Positions 28,807 to 39,690 of a stretch of 64,000 nucleotides of DNA are shown one piece after another. The stretch covers positions 224,001 through 288,000 of the forward strand of contig CAWFJP010000004.1 of assembly GCA_963816145.1 (NCBI GenBank), given 5' to 3'. The notes beneath the pieces are model-generated. The model had not been told where the DNA came from. It saw only the letters and a list, made by a program, of their open reading frames with translations, and did no database searches. Numbering within the stretch: position 1 is the first letter of the stretch; each line of letters opens with the position of its first letter. Both the position numbers and the translations under genes were made by a program. This DNA comes from an uncultured delta proteobacterium. Lineage in GTDB: Bacteria; Desulfobacterota; Binatia; UBA9968.

Positions 28807-29661
28807 GTGATGGCAATTCTTGAACTGCATGGTGTAAGCAAGAGTTTTTCTCGCAATGGGCGAGGGAAGTCACAGGCCGCTAAGGTCGAGGTCCTGCGCG
28901 ATATCAATTTGTCGATTCGCGAGAACGAGTTTGTCTGCATCGTCGGCCGGTCGGGCTCGGGAAAGACGACGTTGATTTCGCTGATCGCCGGTCTCATCGA
29001 AGCGGACACAGGTGCGATCTTGCTCGAAGGCAAACCGATCGCTGGCCCAGGACCGGACCGCGGCGTGATCTTTCAGAACTATTCGCTGCTGCCATGGATG
29101 AACGTCTTCGATAACGTTTACCTAGCGGTGGACGCGGTCGCGCCGAATCTGGCAGATCAGGAAAAACGCCGGCGCACCGAGTATTACCTCGACCTAGTCA
29201 ATCTCGGCGCTGCATTGAAAAAAGTTCCGCGCGAACTTTCAGGCGGCATGCGCCAGCGGGTTGCGGTGGCGCGCGGCCTGGCCATGGACCCGAAGGTTTT
29301 GCTCTTGGACGAACCCTTTAGCGCCCTCGATGCGCTGACCCGCGGCACGCTGCAAGACGAGCTGGCGCGCATCTGGATGGAAAGCCGCAAGACCGTGGTG
29401 ATGATCACCAACGATATCGATGAGGCGATATTGCTCGCCGATACCATTTACACGTTGACCGGCGGGCCAGGCGCGACGCTTAGCCCGGCGGTCTCGGTCG
29501 ATACGCTTCATCCGCGCTCGCGGGTGCAGTTGAGCGGCCAAGCGGGCTATCACAAGGCCCGGCGCGACACGCTCAAGACACTTACCGGAGGCACGGTTGC
29601 TTCGGCGACCTCGGCGCCGATCGCCGGGCGGCACATTTACTTCACTGAAGGGAACGGTTGA
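28807..29661 (+). CDS. nrtC: Nitrate ABC ATPase
   Basis: GRSGSGKT; FQNYSLLPW; LSGGMRQR. Confidence 0.82.
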   Translation: MMAILELHGVSKSFSRNGRGKSQAAKVEVLRDINLSIRENEFVCIVGRSGSGKTTLISLIAGLIEADTGAILLEGKPIAGPGPDRGVIFQNYSLLPWMNVFDNVYLAVDAVAPNLADQEKRRRTEYYLDLVNLGAALKKVPRELSGGMRQRVAVARGLAMDPKVLLLDEPFSALDALTRGTLQDELARIWMESRKTVVMITNDIDEAILLADTIYTLTGGPGATLSPAVSVDTLHPRSRVQLSGQAGYHKARRDTLKTLTGGTVASATSAPIAGRHIYFTEGNG

Positions 29662-29665
29662 TTCC

Positions 29666-30631
29666 ATGATACCGGCGCTAGAACTCACACAACTGGGCAA
29701 GAGTTACGATACCGATCAAGGGCGGTCGATCATCGTCAAGGATTTCAACCTGCGTGTCAGCGAAGGTGAATTTGTCTGCATCATCGGTCACTCGGGGTGC
29801 GGCAAGTCGACGGTCTTGTCGATCGCCATGGGACTCAACGATGCCAGCGAAGGCGGCGTGATCATCGCCGGGCGCGAAGTAGTCGGGCCGGGATTGGACC
29901 GCGGCGTGGTGTTTCAATCCTCGGCGTTGTTGCCCTGGCTCACAGCGCGGGAAAATGTCCTGCTCGCCGTCGATCAGCGCGAGGAGCGCCATTCGCAGCG
30001 CATCCGGCGCGGCCTCGCGGATAAATATCTTTTTGCTGTCGGACTCGATGGTAATGCCGATTCCTACCCTGATGAGCTTTCCGCCGGCATGCGCCAGCGC
30101 GTCGGCATTGCGCGTGCCTTGGCCTTGGAGCCGAAGGTGCTGCTACTCGACGAGCCGTTCAGTTTGCTCGACGTGGTCACCCGCATGGAGCTGCAAGACC
30201 AAGTGATTCGTTTGTGCGCTCAGGAGACGAAGACCGTGCTGATGGTGACCCATGATGTCGACGAAGCACTGTTGCTTGCCGACCGCATCGTCATGATGAC
30301 CAATGGCCCGGCGGCGACGGTGGGGGAAATTCTCGGCGTTCCTTTCGAGCGGCCGCGCGACCGGCTGACTCTCAGCGAGGAACCGATGTATCACCGATTG
30401 CGCAGTCAAATGCTGCGCTTTCTCGAAGAACGCGCGCCGGAGCGCACGGCAACACCTGCGCAGCAGAAGGACGAGCCCTTCAAACAGCTGGCGCAGTTGA
30501 GCGCGGAGGAAGTCTTCATCATCGAGAAATACACCGGCTTTAACCGGTTTCGCGGCAAGTATCGTAATTATGACGCGACGGCGAATGTCAGCGACAACGC
30601 GGCAGCCACGCAGGCCAAGGCCTTGGCCTAG
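29666..30631 (+). CDS. nrtD: Nitrate ABC ATPase
   Basis: GHSGCGKST; THDVDEALLLADRIVMMTNGP; start set at ATG 29666. Confidence 0.82.
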   Translation: MIPALELTQLGKSYDTDQGRSIIVKDFNLRVSEGEFVCIIGHSGCGKSTVLSIAMGLNDASEGGVIIAGREVVGPGLDRGVVFQSSALLPWLTARENVLLAVDQREERHSQRIRRGLADKYLFAVGLDGNADSYPDELSAGMRQRVGIARALALEPKVLLLDEPFSLLDVVTRMELQDQVIRLCAQETKTVLMVTHDVDEALLLADRIVMMTNGPAATVGEILGVPFERPRDRLTLSEEPMYHRLRSQMLRFLEERAPERTATPAQQKDEPFKQLAQLSAEEVFIIEKYTGFNRFRGKYRNYDATANVSDNAAATQAKALA

Positions 30632-30660
30632 TCCCGGCCAGCGCGCTTGAGCAAGAGATC

Positions 30661-32820
30661 GTGCAGACAGCCGAAGCCAAATCCGCTCAGAACGAAATCC
30701 GGCGCTGGGCAAAAACCTACTGCCCGTACTGCGGTGTCGGTTGCGGCCTGCTTGCCGGTGTGGGCAAGGGCATGGTGGCGAAAATCAAAGGGGACAAGGA
30801 TCACCCTTCGAGCCTGGGTGATCTCTGTCTCAAGGCGGTCTACTTGCCCGAGACGCTACGAACTGCCGATCGCCTGCTCTATCCGCAGATTCGCGCTTGT
30901 TCGGATGGTCCGTTCAGGCGCGTGTCATGGGATCAAAGCATGGGCTACTTGGCGCAGCGGTTCCGCGCGATTATCGACGAGCATGGGCCCGACGCTGTGG
31001 CTTTCTATGGTTCCGGACAGCTCACCACCGAGGAGTATTACATCGCCAACAAACTCGCCAAGGGTTACATCGGCACGAATAATTTCGACACCAATTCACG
31101 CCTGTGCATGTCCTCGGCGGTGGCGGGCTATAAATCTTCGTTCGGTTCGGATGGGCCGCCGGTGTCCTATGCCGATCTAGACGAGGCCAACTGTTTTTTC
31201 CTCATCGGCACCAACACCGCGGACTGCCATCCGGTGATCTTTAAACGCATCAAGCAGCGCAAGCTCAGCGCGCCGGATGATGTGATGATGATTTGCGTCG
31301 ATCCGCGGCGCACGGAAACCGCCGACTTCGCCGACCTGCATTTGCCGATTCGGCCGGGCAGCGACATAGCTCTGCTCAATAGCATGCTGTATGTGCTCCT
31401 CGATGAGAATCTGATCGATCGCGAGTTTGTCGCGCAACGCACCAATGGCTTTGGCGCGCTCATCAATGCTGTCAAAGATTATGCCCCACGCGTGGCCCAG
31501 GAGATTTGCGGCATCGCCGAATGTCTGATTGTCGAGGCTGCTTTGATCTTCGGTAAAGCCGAGCGCGCCATGTCGCTGTGGAGCATGGGCGTCAATCAAA
31601 GCACGGTGGGAGTGCATAAGAACAACGCGATTCATAATCTTCATCTGGCGACGGGAAAGATCGGCAAACCGGGTTGCGGTCCGTTCTCGCTCACCGGCCA
31701 GCCCAATGCGATGGGCGGCCGAGAAGTTGGCGGCCTGTCCCATATGCTCCCCGGCTATCGCAGTGTGGAGAATCCGCAGCACCGCGACGAAGTCGAACGT
31801 CATTGGGGTGTGCCGTTCGGCAGCATCGCGCCCGAACCCGGTTTGGCGGCATTGGAGCAATTCGAAGCGCTGGCTGAGGGCAAGGTCAAAGCGATCTGGA
31901 TCCTTTGCACCAATCCCGCGGCGTCGGCGCCGGATACCGATGTGATCGAAAAGGCATTGCGCCAAGCGGAGCTGGTGGTTGTGCAAGATGCCTATTATAC
32001 GACCGCGACAGGCAAATTTGCTCATGTGCTTTTGCCCGCGGCGCAATGGAGCGAGAAGGAAGGCGTGATGACCAATTCGGAGCGCCGGATGACTTATATG
32101 CCGAAACTAGTCGATCCTCCCGGTGAGGCGCTACCGGATTGGCAAATCATTGCGCGCTTCGCCGGTGCGATGGGCTTCGGCGAAGCATTTGCGTATCAGT
32201 CGTCAAAGCAGATCTTTACCGAATACGCCGAGCTGACAAAGAAGAGAGTCTGCGATTGCTCGGGAATGAGTTATCGAAAGCTGAAATCGAGTCCGTTGCA
32301 ATGGCCCTATCCGAAATCGATACGAATGCCGGCTGCACGGCTCTATTCTGACGGAATCTTCCCGACGGCGGACGGCCGCGCCAATTTTATCGCCGTCGAA
32401 CATGCCGAACCTGCGGAAACGGTCGATGATGCGTACCCGCTGGTCTTGACCACCGGCCGCTCCAAATATCACTGGCACACCATGACGCGAACCGGGAAAA
32501 ACCCGGCGCTGCGCAAGAGCGCGCCGGAGCCGATCCTCGATCTCCATCGCGTCGACGCGCGCCGCTATGGCATTCAGGACGCCGATTTCGTCGAGGTTAT
32601 TTCTCGGCGCGGCAAGGTCATGGTGCAATGCCGGGTCACTGAAGAGATCACCCGTGGCACTTGTTTCCTGCCGTTTCATTGGGGGCGCGATCAAGGCTTT
32701 TTCAAGGCGGCGAACAATCTCACGATCAGCGCGCGCGATCCAGCGTCGCGCCAGCCCGAACTAAAAGCCTGCGCGGTACGGCTGCGCAAGGTGATGGATT
32801 TCCCCTTGGAGGACAACTGA
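30661..32820 (+). CDS. narB: Assimilatory nitrate reductase, molybdopterin subunit (NarB/NasA)
   Basis: CPYCGVGC; NSRLCMSSA; TGQPNAMGGRE; WHTMTRTG; QPELKACAV. Confidence 0.92.
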   Translation: MQTAEAKSAQNEIRRWAKTYCPYCGVGCGLLAGVGKGMVAKIKGDKDHPSSLGDLCLKAVYLPETLRTADRLLYPQIRACSDGPFRRVSWDQSMGYLAQRFRAIIDEHGPDAVAFYGSGQLTTEEYYIANKLAKGYIGTNNFDTNSRLCMSSAVAGYKSSFGSDGPPVSYADLDEANCFFLIGTNTADCHPVIFKRIKQRKLSAPDDVMMICVDPRRTETADFADLHLPIRPGSDIALLNSMLYVLLDENLIDREFVAQRTNGFGALINAVKDYAPRVAQEICGIAECLIVEAALIFGKAERAMSLWSMGVNQSTVGVHKNNAIHNLHLATGKIGKPGCGPFSLTGQPNAMGGREVGGLSHMLPGYRSVENPQHRDEVERHWGVPFGSIAPEPGLAALEQFEALAEGKVKAIWILCTNPAASAPDTDVIEKALRQAELVVVQDAYYTTATGKFAHVLLPAAQWSEKEGVMTNSERRMTYMPKLVDPPGEALPDWQIIARFAGAMGFGEAFAYQSSKQIFTEYAELTKKRVCDCSGMSYRKLKSSPLQWPYPKSIRMPAARLYSDGIFPTADGRANFIAVEHAEPAETVDDAYPLVLTTGRSKYHWHTMTRTGKNPALRKSAPEPILDLHRVDARRYGIQDADFVEVISRRGKVMVQCRVTEEITRGTCFLPFHWGRDQGFFKAANNLTISARDPASRQPELKACAVRLRKVMDFPLEDN

Positions 32821-32822
32821 TC

Positions 32823-33641
32823 ATGACTCTTCACGGGCTCGGCAAGGTATTTCTAGTTGGCGCGGGTCCGGGTGATCCGGAATTGCTCACGCTTAAAGGC
32901 AAGCGCTGTCTCGAAGCGGCGGAGGTAATTCTCTTCGATGAGCTGGCGAACCATGAGCTGTTGGAGTTTGCTGCCTCGGAAGCGCAATTGATCTATGTCG
33001 GGAAGAAACCTGGAAAACATTGCGCCGACCAACGTGAGATCGAAGCGCTGCTGATTCAACACGCCCGGCAGGGCAAATATGTCGTTCGACTTAAGGGCGG
33101 CGACCCGTTTGTTTTCGGCCGCGGCGGTGAGGAGGCCCAGGCCTTGAAGGCGGCGGGGATTCCATTCGAAGTCGTGCCGGGGATTAGCGCAGCCATTGCC
33201 GTGCCGGCCTATGCTGGAATTCCCATAACCCACCGTGGCCGCGCTTCGAGTTTTGCCGTAGTGACCGGACATAACGTCTCTGACTCGGTGGTCAATTGGT
33301 CGGGCTTGGTGCACTCGGTGGATACGCTGGTAATTTTGATGGGGCTAAGCAACTTGGCAGCGATCATGGACCTGCTACTGGAAAACGGCTGCGAGCCGGA
33401 GCGGCCCGTTGGGCTGATCCGGTCCGGTACCCGCAGCCAGCAAGTTGTCGTGACCGGCACGGTTGCGACCATCGGCATGCTCGCCAGCCGAGCCAAATTG
33501 CGCTCACCGGTTACGATTGTTGTGGGCGCGGTAGCCCGCATGGCGGCCGAGCTTGACTGGTTCCCCATCATTGCCAGCACAGCTTCCAGCAATCGTGAGT
33601 TGGCACTCGGCATGACTGAGCTTGAGTTACTACCTGTCTAA
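32823..33641 (+). CDS. cobA: Uroporphyrinogen-III C-methyltransferase (sirohaem synthesis)
   Basis: LVGAGPGDPELLT; RLKGGDPFVFGRGGEE; start set at ATG 32823. Confidence 0.93.
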   Translation: MTLHGLGKVFLVGAGPGDPELLTLKGKRCLEAAEVILFDELANHELLEFAASEAQLIYVGKKPGKHCADQREIEALLIQHARQGKYVVRLKGGDPFVFGRGGEEAQALKAAGIPFEVVPGISAAIAVPAYAGIPITHRGRASSFAVVTGHNVSDSVVNWSGLVHSVDTLVILMGLSNLAAIMDLLLENGCEPERPVGLIRSGTRSQQVVVTGTVATIGMLASRAKLRSPVTIVVGAVARMAAELDWFPIIASTASSNRELALGMTELELLPV

Positions 33642-33665
33642 AGGCTGCTGGTTTTCCCAAGCGTT

Positions 33666-33802
33666 TGCCTAAATAGTCAGCAGCCATGCCAAAATTTAGG
33701 CACTCGCGATTTCTGCCGTCGGGGTGTCGGTGAAATATTTCAGGGATATTAACCGTTTATGCCGAGCAATTGGCCTTGATCGGTGATGGCATTTAAGTTG
33801 CT
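33666..33802 (+). promoter_or_regulatory. Tandem NtrC-like sites plus sigma54 promoter
   Basis: TGCCTAAATAGTCAGCA and TGCCAAAATTTAGGCA; TGGCAT-TTAAG-TTGCT at 33787-33802. Confidence 0.82.
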
Positions 33803-33894
33803 TTATTACTTAGCGCTCGAATTCTATTTGCTTTCGTGTATTATCGACAACATTATTTTCATCGGAATTAATTGGTGTTGAGGAGGACTAACTC

Positions 33895-35130
33895 ATGAAA
33901 CGTCGGATGGTCCGAATGGCGCTCTTGGCCGGAGTGATCGCGCTTAGCGGTCAGAACGTTCGCGCTGATGATGACAAACCGCTCGCTCCTGGCGTGTTGA
34001 GCTTGGACAGCAGCGTCGGTGTCGCCGATCAGGGGATCGCCAACGGCAAAGGTTCGTTGGAGAAAGCATTAGGCATCGGTATCAGCGGATTTATCGATAT
34101 GGGCTACATTTGGAGCTCGAATCATCCAGGTAATCCCTCTGACATTTCTGGCCGCTACTTCGATAAGGACAATAATCAATTTAATGTCAACAATTTTCAT
34201 CTTGCGATTGAAAAGCCGGAAAAGGACTGGGGCGTTGGCTTCAAGGTTTCCGGCGATTTCGGTCGCTACGGCGAGCTACTCCACGAAGCGACACAGTGGA
34301 ACAGCATCGGTGCAAAGTTTTGCTGCGCATCGTCGGCCGAGGTCCGTGAGGCATATCTTACAACCACGATTCCCGTGGGTGAGGGGATCGGTGTCAAAGG
34401 CGGTTTGTTCGTAACGCCTCTAGGTACGGAAATTCTCAACAACCCTGGCGCATATAACGACAATATTTCTCGTTCGTTCGCGTTTAACTATGGTATCCCA
34501 ATTCGCCATCTGGGGACTTTGTTCAGTTACCCGTTTGCCAAAACGGTCACGGCGAGTATTGGTTGGGTGACCGGCTGGGATGATCCGCACGACAACAACG
34601 GCGCGCCGTCCGGTATCGTCGGCGTCAATTATACGCCGAGTGACGCCTTCGGTTTGTCGAGCAATCTGCTATTCGGGCCGGAACAAAGACACAATTCAGG
34701 ACGGATGAGAGTAACCTGGAGCAGCGTGGCGACGATCAAGCCGATGGATCCTTTGACAGTATTGCTTGAGTATACCCTCGGCAGCGAATCGTCGGCGCCG
34801 ACTCCGACCGGTACGCAGGATGCGTACTGGCACGCTCTTGCTGCCATCGCATCCTGGGGCTGGACCGACCGTTTCACCACGGCACTACGAGGTGAGGTTT
34901 TCTTCGATAATCAAGGCGCGCGAACTTTCGGCCTCGCCGCTACCACTCCCCAACATAATGCCACACTCGGCGAGCTGACTTTAACCAGTAGCTATAAGTT
35001 CACTAAGATGCTAATGGGTCGCGCCGAATTGCGTCAAGATTTTGCCAACCATGGTGTTTACAAAGTGGGCAAGACCGGCGCCGATAGCCAGCAGACGACG
35101 ATCGGGATGCAGTTGCTTTACACGTTCTAG
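33895..35130 (+). CDS. Outer-membrane beta-barrel porin
   Basis: Signal peptide; beta-strand pattern; C-terminal LLYTF. Confidence 0.82.
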   Translation: MKRRMVRMALLAGVIALSGQNVRADDDKPLAPGVLSLDSSVGVADQGIANGKGSLEKALGIGISGFIDMGYIWSSNHPGNPSDISGRYFDKDNNQFNVNNFHLAIEKPEKDWGVGFKVSGDFGRYGELLHEATQWNSIGAKFCCASSAEVREAYLTTTIPVGEGIGVKGGLFVTPLGTEILNNPGAYNDNISRSFAFNYGIPIRHLGTLFSYPFAKTVTASIGWVTGWDDPHDNNGAPSGIVGVNYTPSDAFGLSSNLLFGPEQRHNSGRMRVTWSSVATIKPMDPLTVLLEYTLGSESSAPTPTGTQDAYWHALAAIASWGWTDRFTTALRGEVFFDNQGARTFGLAATTPQHNATLGELTLTSSYKFTKMLMGRAELRQDFANHGVYKVGKTGADSQQTTIGMQLLYTF

Positions 35131-35158
35131 GTCGATTGCCTCCACTTAGGGCGGATGG

Positions 35159-35188
35159 GGAGCAGCCGAAGGGCTGCTCCTTTTTTTT
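35159..35188 (+). terminator. Intrinsic terminator
   Basis: GGAGCAGCC-GAAG-GGCTGCTCC followed by T8. Confidence 0.9.
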
Positions 35189-35400
35189 GGTTGCGGCGTT
35201 TGGCATAGCGGTTCAACATTTCAGCGCTGCGTAACGGAGGGAGTCATGCGGGTTGGCGGCGCAAGTATTTCCCACAGCCATCGGTAGACTTCAGGGCTGA
35301 GCATGCGTCTGAAATTCTTATTACCGCTGATGACTGTCTCCCGGCCCTTGTGAACGGCGCTGCTTGCGTCTCTGGAAATTGCCCATGGCGCTTGTTAGTT

Positions 35401-37050
35401 GTGAATCATCAAGCCGCTGATTGTTCTAGTCCTTTGATTGCTGAAAAACATTACTCGCTTGCCCTCCTCGTTCTCTGTTCGCTGTTGTTTTTTTTCGGTA
35501 TTGGTTCGCGTGACTTCTGGGCGCCGGTGGAGCCGCGCTACGGCGAGATCGTCCGGGTGATGTTCGCCAAGGGCGAGTGGATCGTCCCCACTGTCAATGG
35601 CGGCATCTACACCGACAAGCCAATCCTTTTTTTCTGGCTGGCGCTGATCGCTTCGAATATCGCCGGCGGCGTGTCCGAGTGGACGGTGAGGCTGCCGGCC
35701 GCACTGGGCGGTATCGGGTTTATTTTGTCGACATACTTCTTCGGCCGGGATTTTTTCAACCCGCGCATCGGTCTCATTGCGGCGGCGATCTTGGCGACAT
35801 CGATGCGGGTGATCTGGGAAGCGCGCTGGGCCCATGTCGACATGGTCTTTTGTTGTTGGTTCATGTTGTCGGTTTACTTCGCCGCGCGAACTTTTCTCGG
35901 CAAAGGCCGCGCTTACGAAATCCTCGTCGCCTACGCCTTCATGGGACTGGCGGTGCTGACCAAGGGCTTGATCGGCGTGGTCTTGCCGGGTTTGGTGTTT
36001 GTTTCGTTCATGGTCGTGCGCCGCGACTGGCGCATGATCGGCGCGGCGAAACTCCATCTGGGAATTCCCATTCTGCTGCTCGTCACCGTGCCATGGTTTT
36101 TTTTGGTTGATCAAGCGACCGACGGTCGATGGCTCCGCGATTTTATTTACCTGCATCATTTGCGGCGTTACATCGCCGGCGCCGGCCATCGACAGCCTGT
36201 CTATTATTATCTCACGACGTTGCCTGCCGATTTTCTACCGTGGACAATCTTCGCTATCCCGGCATTGATCGCGCGTCGGCCGCTTCGCCAGATCTTGAAG
36301 GACGTTCCCAGCCAACTTTGTCTATGCTGGTTTCTGGCGATCCTTGCATTCTTTACGATCTCCGATACCAAGCGCGATCTTTATCTCCTGCCGCTCCTAC
36401 CGACGGTGGCATTACTTGTTGCTTGCTACATCGATTCGCTCGCGACACAGCGCAGCGCCGATGGCGCGTCTTGCCGCTGGATCACCGCGAGCTTCTTCGC
36501 ATTGCTTGCGCTCGGTGCATTCCTTGTTCCAGTGGCGGCGTGGCGCCTTCGCCCCGATGCGGTGCTACCGTTGTTGCCGGCGAGTCTGGTGTTGGCGGTG
36601 AGCGGCGCGTCGGCCGCTGTGTATTTGGTTCGGCGCGAGGTGGATCACGCGATCATCGTGATTGTCGCTTTGATGACCTTGTCGATGTTAACCGCGGCGC
36701 TTTGGGTATTCCCGTATTTGGAAACGTATAAGTCGCCGCGACCGTTCGCCCGCGAAATCGCCCGGCTCGTGCCGCCGTCAGCGCCGCTGTACATCTTTGC
36801 CGATACCATGCATGATTTTAACTATTACGTCGAGCGCGAAGCGATTCCCGTGCTGAGTTCGCCATCCGCAGTGGAAAGACTCTTAACGGGAGTACAACCT
36901 GGTTTTCTGTTGGTCCGGGAGCGTGACTTGGCAGAATTGCCGATGTTGCCGCGATCCTGGGTGATCGCCAGCGATCGCAGAGGGCGCATGCCTTGGCATT
37001 TAGTGCGATTCAACAGTGCCCAGGGATCGAGCGCGGCGAACAAAGAGTAG
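35401..37050 (+). CDS. ArnT-like (GT83/PMT family) membrane glycosyltransferase
   Basis: EPRYGEI; DKPILFFWL; VRLPAAL; LTKG; KRDLYLLP; start uncertain. Confidence 0.85.
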   Translation: MNHQAADCSSPLIAEKHYSLALLVLCSLLFFFGIGSRDFWAPVEPRYGEIVRVMFAKGEWIVPTVNGGIYTDKPILFFWLALIASNIAGGVSEWTVRLPAALGGIGFILSTYFFGRDFFNPRIGLIAAAILATSMRVIWEARWAHVDMVFCCWFMLSVYFAARTFLGKGRAYEILVAYAFMGLAVLTKGLIGVVLPGLVFVSFMVVRRDWRMIGAAKLHLGIPILLLVTVPWFFLVDQATDGRWLRDFIYLHHLRRYIAGAGHRQPVYYYLTTLPADFLPWTIFAIPALIARRPLRQILKDVPSQLCLCWFLAILAFFTISDTKRDLYLLPLLPTVALLVACYIDSLATQRSADGASCRWITASFFALLALGAFLVPVAAWRLRPDAVLPLLPASLVLAVSGASAAVYLVRREVDHAIIVIVALMTLSMLTAALWVFPYLETYKSPRPFAREIARLVPPSAPLYIFADTMHDFNYYVEREAIPVLSSPSAVERLLTGVQPGFLLVRERDLAELPMLPRSWVIASDRRGRMPWHLVRFNSAQGSSAANKE

Positions 37051-37060
37051 GTAACGGAAC

Positions 37061-37489
37061 ATGATCAAAAATATTGCGTGGATCGCTATCGGTGTGATTG
37101 CGGCTTACTTGATTTGGTGGATAGTCCCAGACTATTTCCACGGGGAGAAAGGTGATCCGCGCTCGCAGGAGCATTTGAGCCGGATCGCCGCCGAGATCAA
37201 TCAAAGCGTGCCGTTCATGATCGATAACGAAACCGAGCTGATGCCGATCTCGGGCCATGAAGGGATGTTGATCTATAATTATCGTCTCGTGAGCTACTCA
37301 GTGAAAAATTTGGATTATCGGCGATTTGCCGCCGGGGCGCGCGACCGCGTCGTGCAAGGCGCCTGCGGGCGGCCGGAGACACGCGACGATTTTCTCAAAA
37401 AAGGCGTGACGCTGCGCTACTCGTACTTCGACAAAGACAAGCAGCATATCGCAACCATCGACGTGACGCCGCGGGATTGCGGGTTTTGA
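37061..37489 (+). CDS. Hypothetical membrane-anchored protein
   Basis: N-terminal TM segment; two Cys; plausible RBS. Confidence 0.7.
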   Translation: MIKNIAWIAIGVIAAYLIWWIVPDYFHGEKGDPRSQEHLSRIAAEINQSVPFMIDNETELMPISGHEGMLIYNYRLVSYSVKNLDYRRFAAGARDRVVQGACGRPETRDDFLKKGVTLRYSYFDKDKQHIATIDVTPRDCGF

Positions 37490-37595
37490 AGATGGACAGA
37501 AATGGCATGAAGGCATGGTGGAGTATCAAAATGGCGGCCCTGTCCTAAGCCCGTAGCTGTACCATTCCAATACTCCATCACGCCATGGTTTTTCA

Positions 37596-38633
37596 CTACT
37601 TCAAAATTTCTTTAGAGCGTGGAATTAGTTTGGGGTCGAGTTTGAATACATCCTTGACACTATTCTCTAACTCCTGCCCATCCAGGGGATCGATATCGAG
37701 CTTTGCCTTCTTGGCATCTGCCAGGAATTCTGGATCCTTCATGACGTCCATGAATGCTTTGCGCAGTATCGTTAAACGATCCTTCGGGGTGCCCGGCGGA
37801 AACAAATAGGGCCTCGCTGCTGGGCCAACGCTGTGAACCAGCGCGTTGATTAAATTTCGAGCCTCATCGGTTTTGGCGTAGCTAATCGCTAGCGGGACCT
37901 TGGAAAGTTCGGGGTGCGACTTGGCAGTCGTCTGCAATACGATCTGCAGGTCGCCGCTTTTGAGCTCGTTAGGCCAAGTGGCTGAAAATGACTGCCAAGC
38001 GTTGCACACCCCTTGGACTTCACCGGCGTCGTAAGCCAATCTTACATCCGCGGTGCCTTTGTAACCCGACACGAGTTGCGCGGGCAGTCCTATGGTTGCA
38101 ATCAATACCTTGGGGATATCGTCCGTGGCCGAACCCGCGCCGACACCCCCAAGCTTGACCATGGTCTTGGACGACATCCATTGGTCCATGGTCGACACGC
38201 CAGTATTTTTTTTCGACACGCCGATTACATAGTTGTCCTGGGTCGGGACGCCGATATATTCAAATTTGGCCGCGTCGAACTGGATGCCCGGTTTACCCAG
38301 GAGTTGCTGCAAGAAAAGCCCACCGATGAAGTGACCGATGGTCAGGCCGTCGGGCTTGGCGATATTGTACATATAGTTGGCCGAGATCAGGAATCCGGCG
38401 CCCGGCATATTCTCAACCACAAAGGTCGGGTTGCCCGGGACGTACTTGGAGATATGCCGAGCGATCGTTCGCGAATAGGTATCGTAACCGCCGCCGGCGG
38501 ATGCGCCGACAATGATGCGGACGGTTTTGCCTTGGTAAAAGTTGTCTTGGGCGAAAACCGCACTTTGCTGCAAGCTCGCTGCGATAAAAGCGACGGTGAG
38601 CGCGAAACGCCATCCCTGTTTCATAAGATTCAT
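37596..38633 (-). CDS. TctC/Bug-family substrate-binding protein
   Basis: FYQGKTVRIIVGASAGGGYD; ENMPGAG; KPDGLT. Confidence 0.88.
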   Translation of the reverse strand: MNLMKQGWRFALTVAFIAASLQQSAVFAQDNFYQGKTVRIIVGASAGGGYDTYSRTIARHISKYVPGNPTFVVENMPGAGFLISANYMYNIAKPDGLTIGHFIGGLFLQQLLGKPGIQFDAAKFEYIGVPTQDNYVIGVSKKNTGVSTMDQWMSSKTMVKLGGVGAGSATDDIPKVLIATIGLPAQLVSGYKGTADVRLAYDAGEVQGVCNAWQSFSATWPNELKSGDLQIVLQTTAKSHPELSKVPLAISYAKTDEARNLINALVHSVGPAARPYLFPPGTPKDRLTILRKAFMDVMKDPEFLADAKKAKLDIDPLDGQELENSVKDVFKLDPKLIPRSKEILK

Positions 38634-38670
38634 TCTCCTCTCGTTTTCTATGGACGATAGCTAAGAACGA

Positions 38671-39690
38671 TTATTGCAATATCTCTTTTAGCTGATTAAC
38701 GATGGCAGGATCAATCTTGAAAAGCTGATCGACGATTTTTTCAATTTCCTCACCGGTCAACGGATCAATGTCGAGCCGTGATTTTTTCGCGTCGGCAAGA
38801 AACGCTGAATCTTTAAGTGTCTCGACATACGCTTTGCGCAGTACCATTACGCGATCCTTGGGCGTGCCCGGCGCGACGGCGTAAGGACGGGTTATCGCGG
38901 CAGGATCGTGGCCGCCAAATTTCAAAATTTGTTTGGCATTGTCATTAGCCGCGAAGTCGATGGCGTTGGGTACTTTCGCCAATTCGGGGTGCGGCTTGGC
39001 ATTGACTTGCAAGACCATGTACACGTTGCCCGAGTCGAGGCCCTGGCGCCAAATGGACTTGATCGATTCCCACTGCCAACAGCCGCCCGCCACTTCACCG
39101 GCTTCGGCGGCAAGCCTCACTTCCGCCGTGCCTTTATAGCCCGCCACCAGTTGCAATGGCAGCTTGAGCGCGGCGATCAGGAGCTTTGCGGTGTTGTAAG
39201 TCGTGTCGCCTGGGGCGACGCCGCCGATTTTCACTGGCGTCTTGGCATTTCGCAGGGCGTCAAAAGTAGTGATGCCGCTGGCTTTGGTGAAACCGCAGGC
39301 GACGTTATCCTGGGTCGGGATGCCGATGTACTCGAACTTGCGCGCGTCGAACTCGATACCGGGCTTGCCGATGACCTGATTGATCACCTGGTTGCCGTGG
39401 AAATTGAGAATGGTCAGGCCGTCGGGTTTGGCGACCTTGTATACATGATTCGCGGCCAGCAGGCTGGCCGCACCGGTCATGTTCTCAACGACAATGGCGG
39501 GGTTACCGGGAATATGCCCGCCCAGGTGGCGCGCGATCAAGCGCGAGTAGGTGTCGAAGCCGCCGCCAGCGGAGAAGCCAACAATTACTTTAATTGTCTT
39601 GCCTTCGTAGAAAGATGCGGCGCTGCTGGGCGTACCAAAAGCGGTAATTAATCCCAGTCCAAATATTAAACCACTCAGAGTCTTGTTCAT
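38671..39690 (-). CDS. TctC/Bug-family substrate-binding protein (tandem paralog)
   Basis: FYEGKTIKVIVGFSAGGGFD; shares YIG.PTQDN with the neighbouring gene. Confidence 0.88.
   Translation of the reverse strand: MNKTLSGLIFGLGLITAFGTPSSAASFYEGKTIKVIVGFSAGGGFDTYSRLIARHLGGHIPGNPAIVVENMTGAASLLAANHVYKVAKPDGLTILNFHGNQVINQVIGKPGIEFDARKFEYIGIPTQDNVACGFTKASGITTFDALRNAKTPVKIGGVAPGDTTYNTAKLLIAALKLPLQLVAGYKGTAEVRLAAEAGEVAGGCWQWESIKSIWRQGLDSGNVYMVLQVNAKPHPELAKVPNAIDFAANDNAKQILKFGGHDPAAITRPYAVAPGTPKDRVMVLRKAYVETLKDSAFLADAKKSRLDIDPLTGEEIEKIVDQLFKIDPAIVNQLKEILQ

Noticed and set aside
37510-37590. Imperfect inverted repeat between convergent genes
   Set aside because: Consistent with an ordinary bidirectional terminator or short-repeat hairpin.
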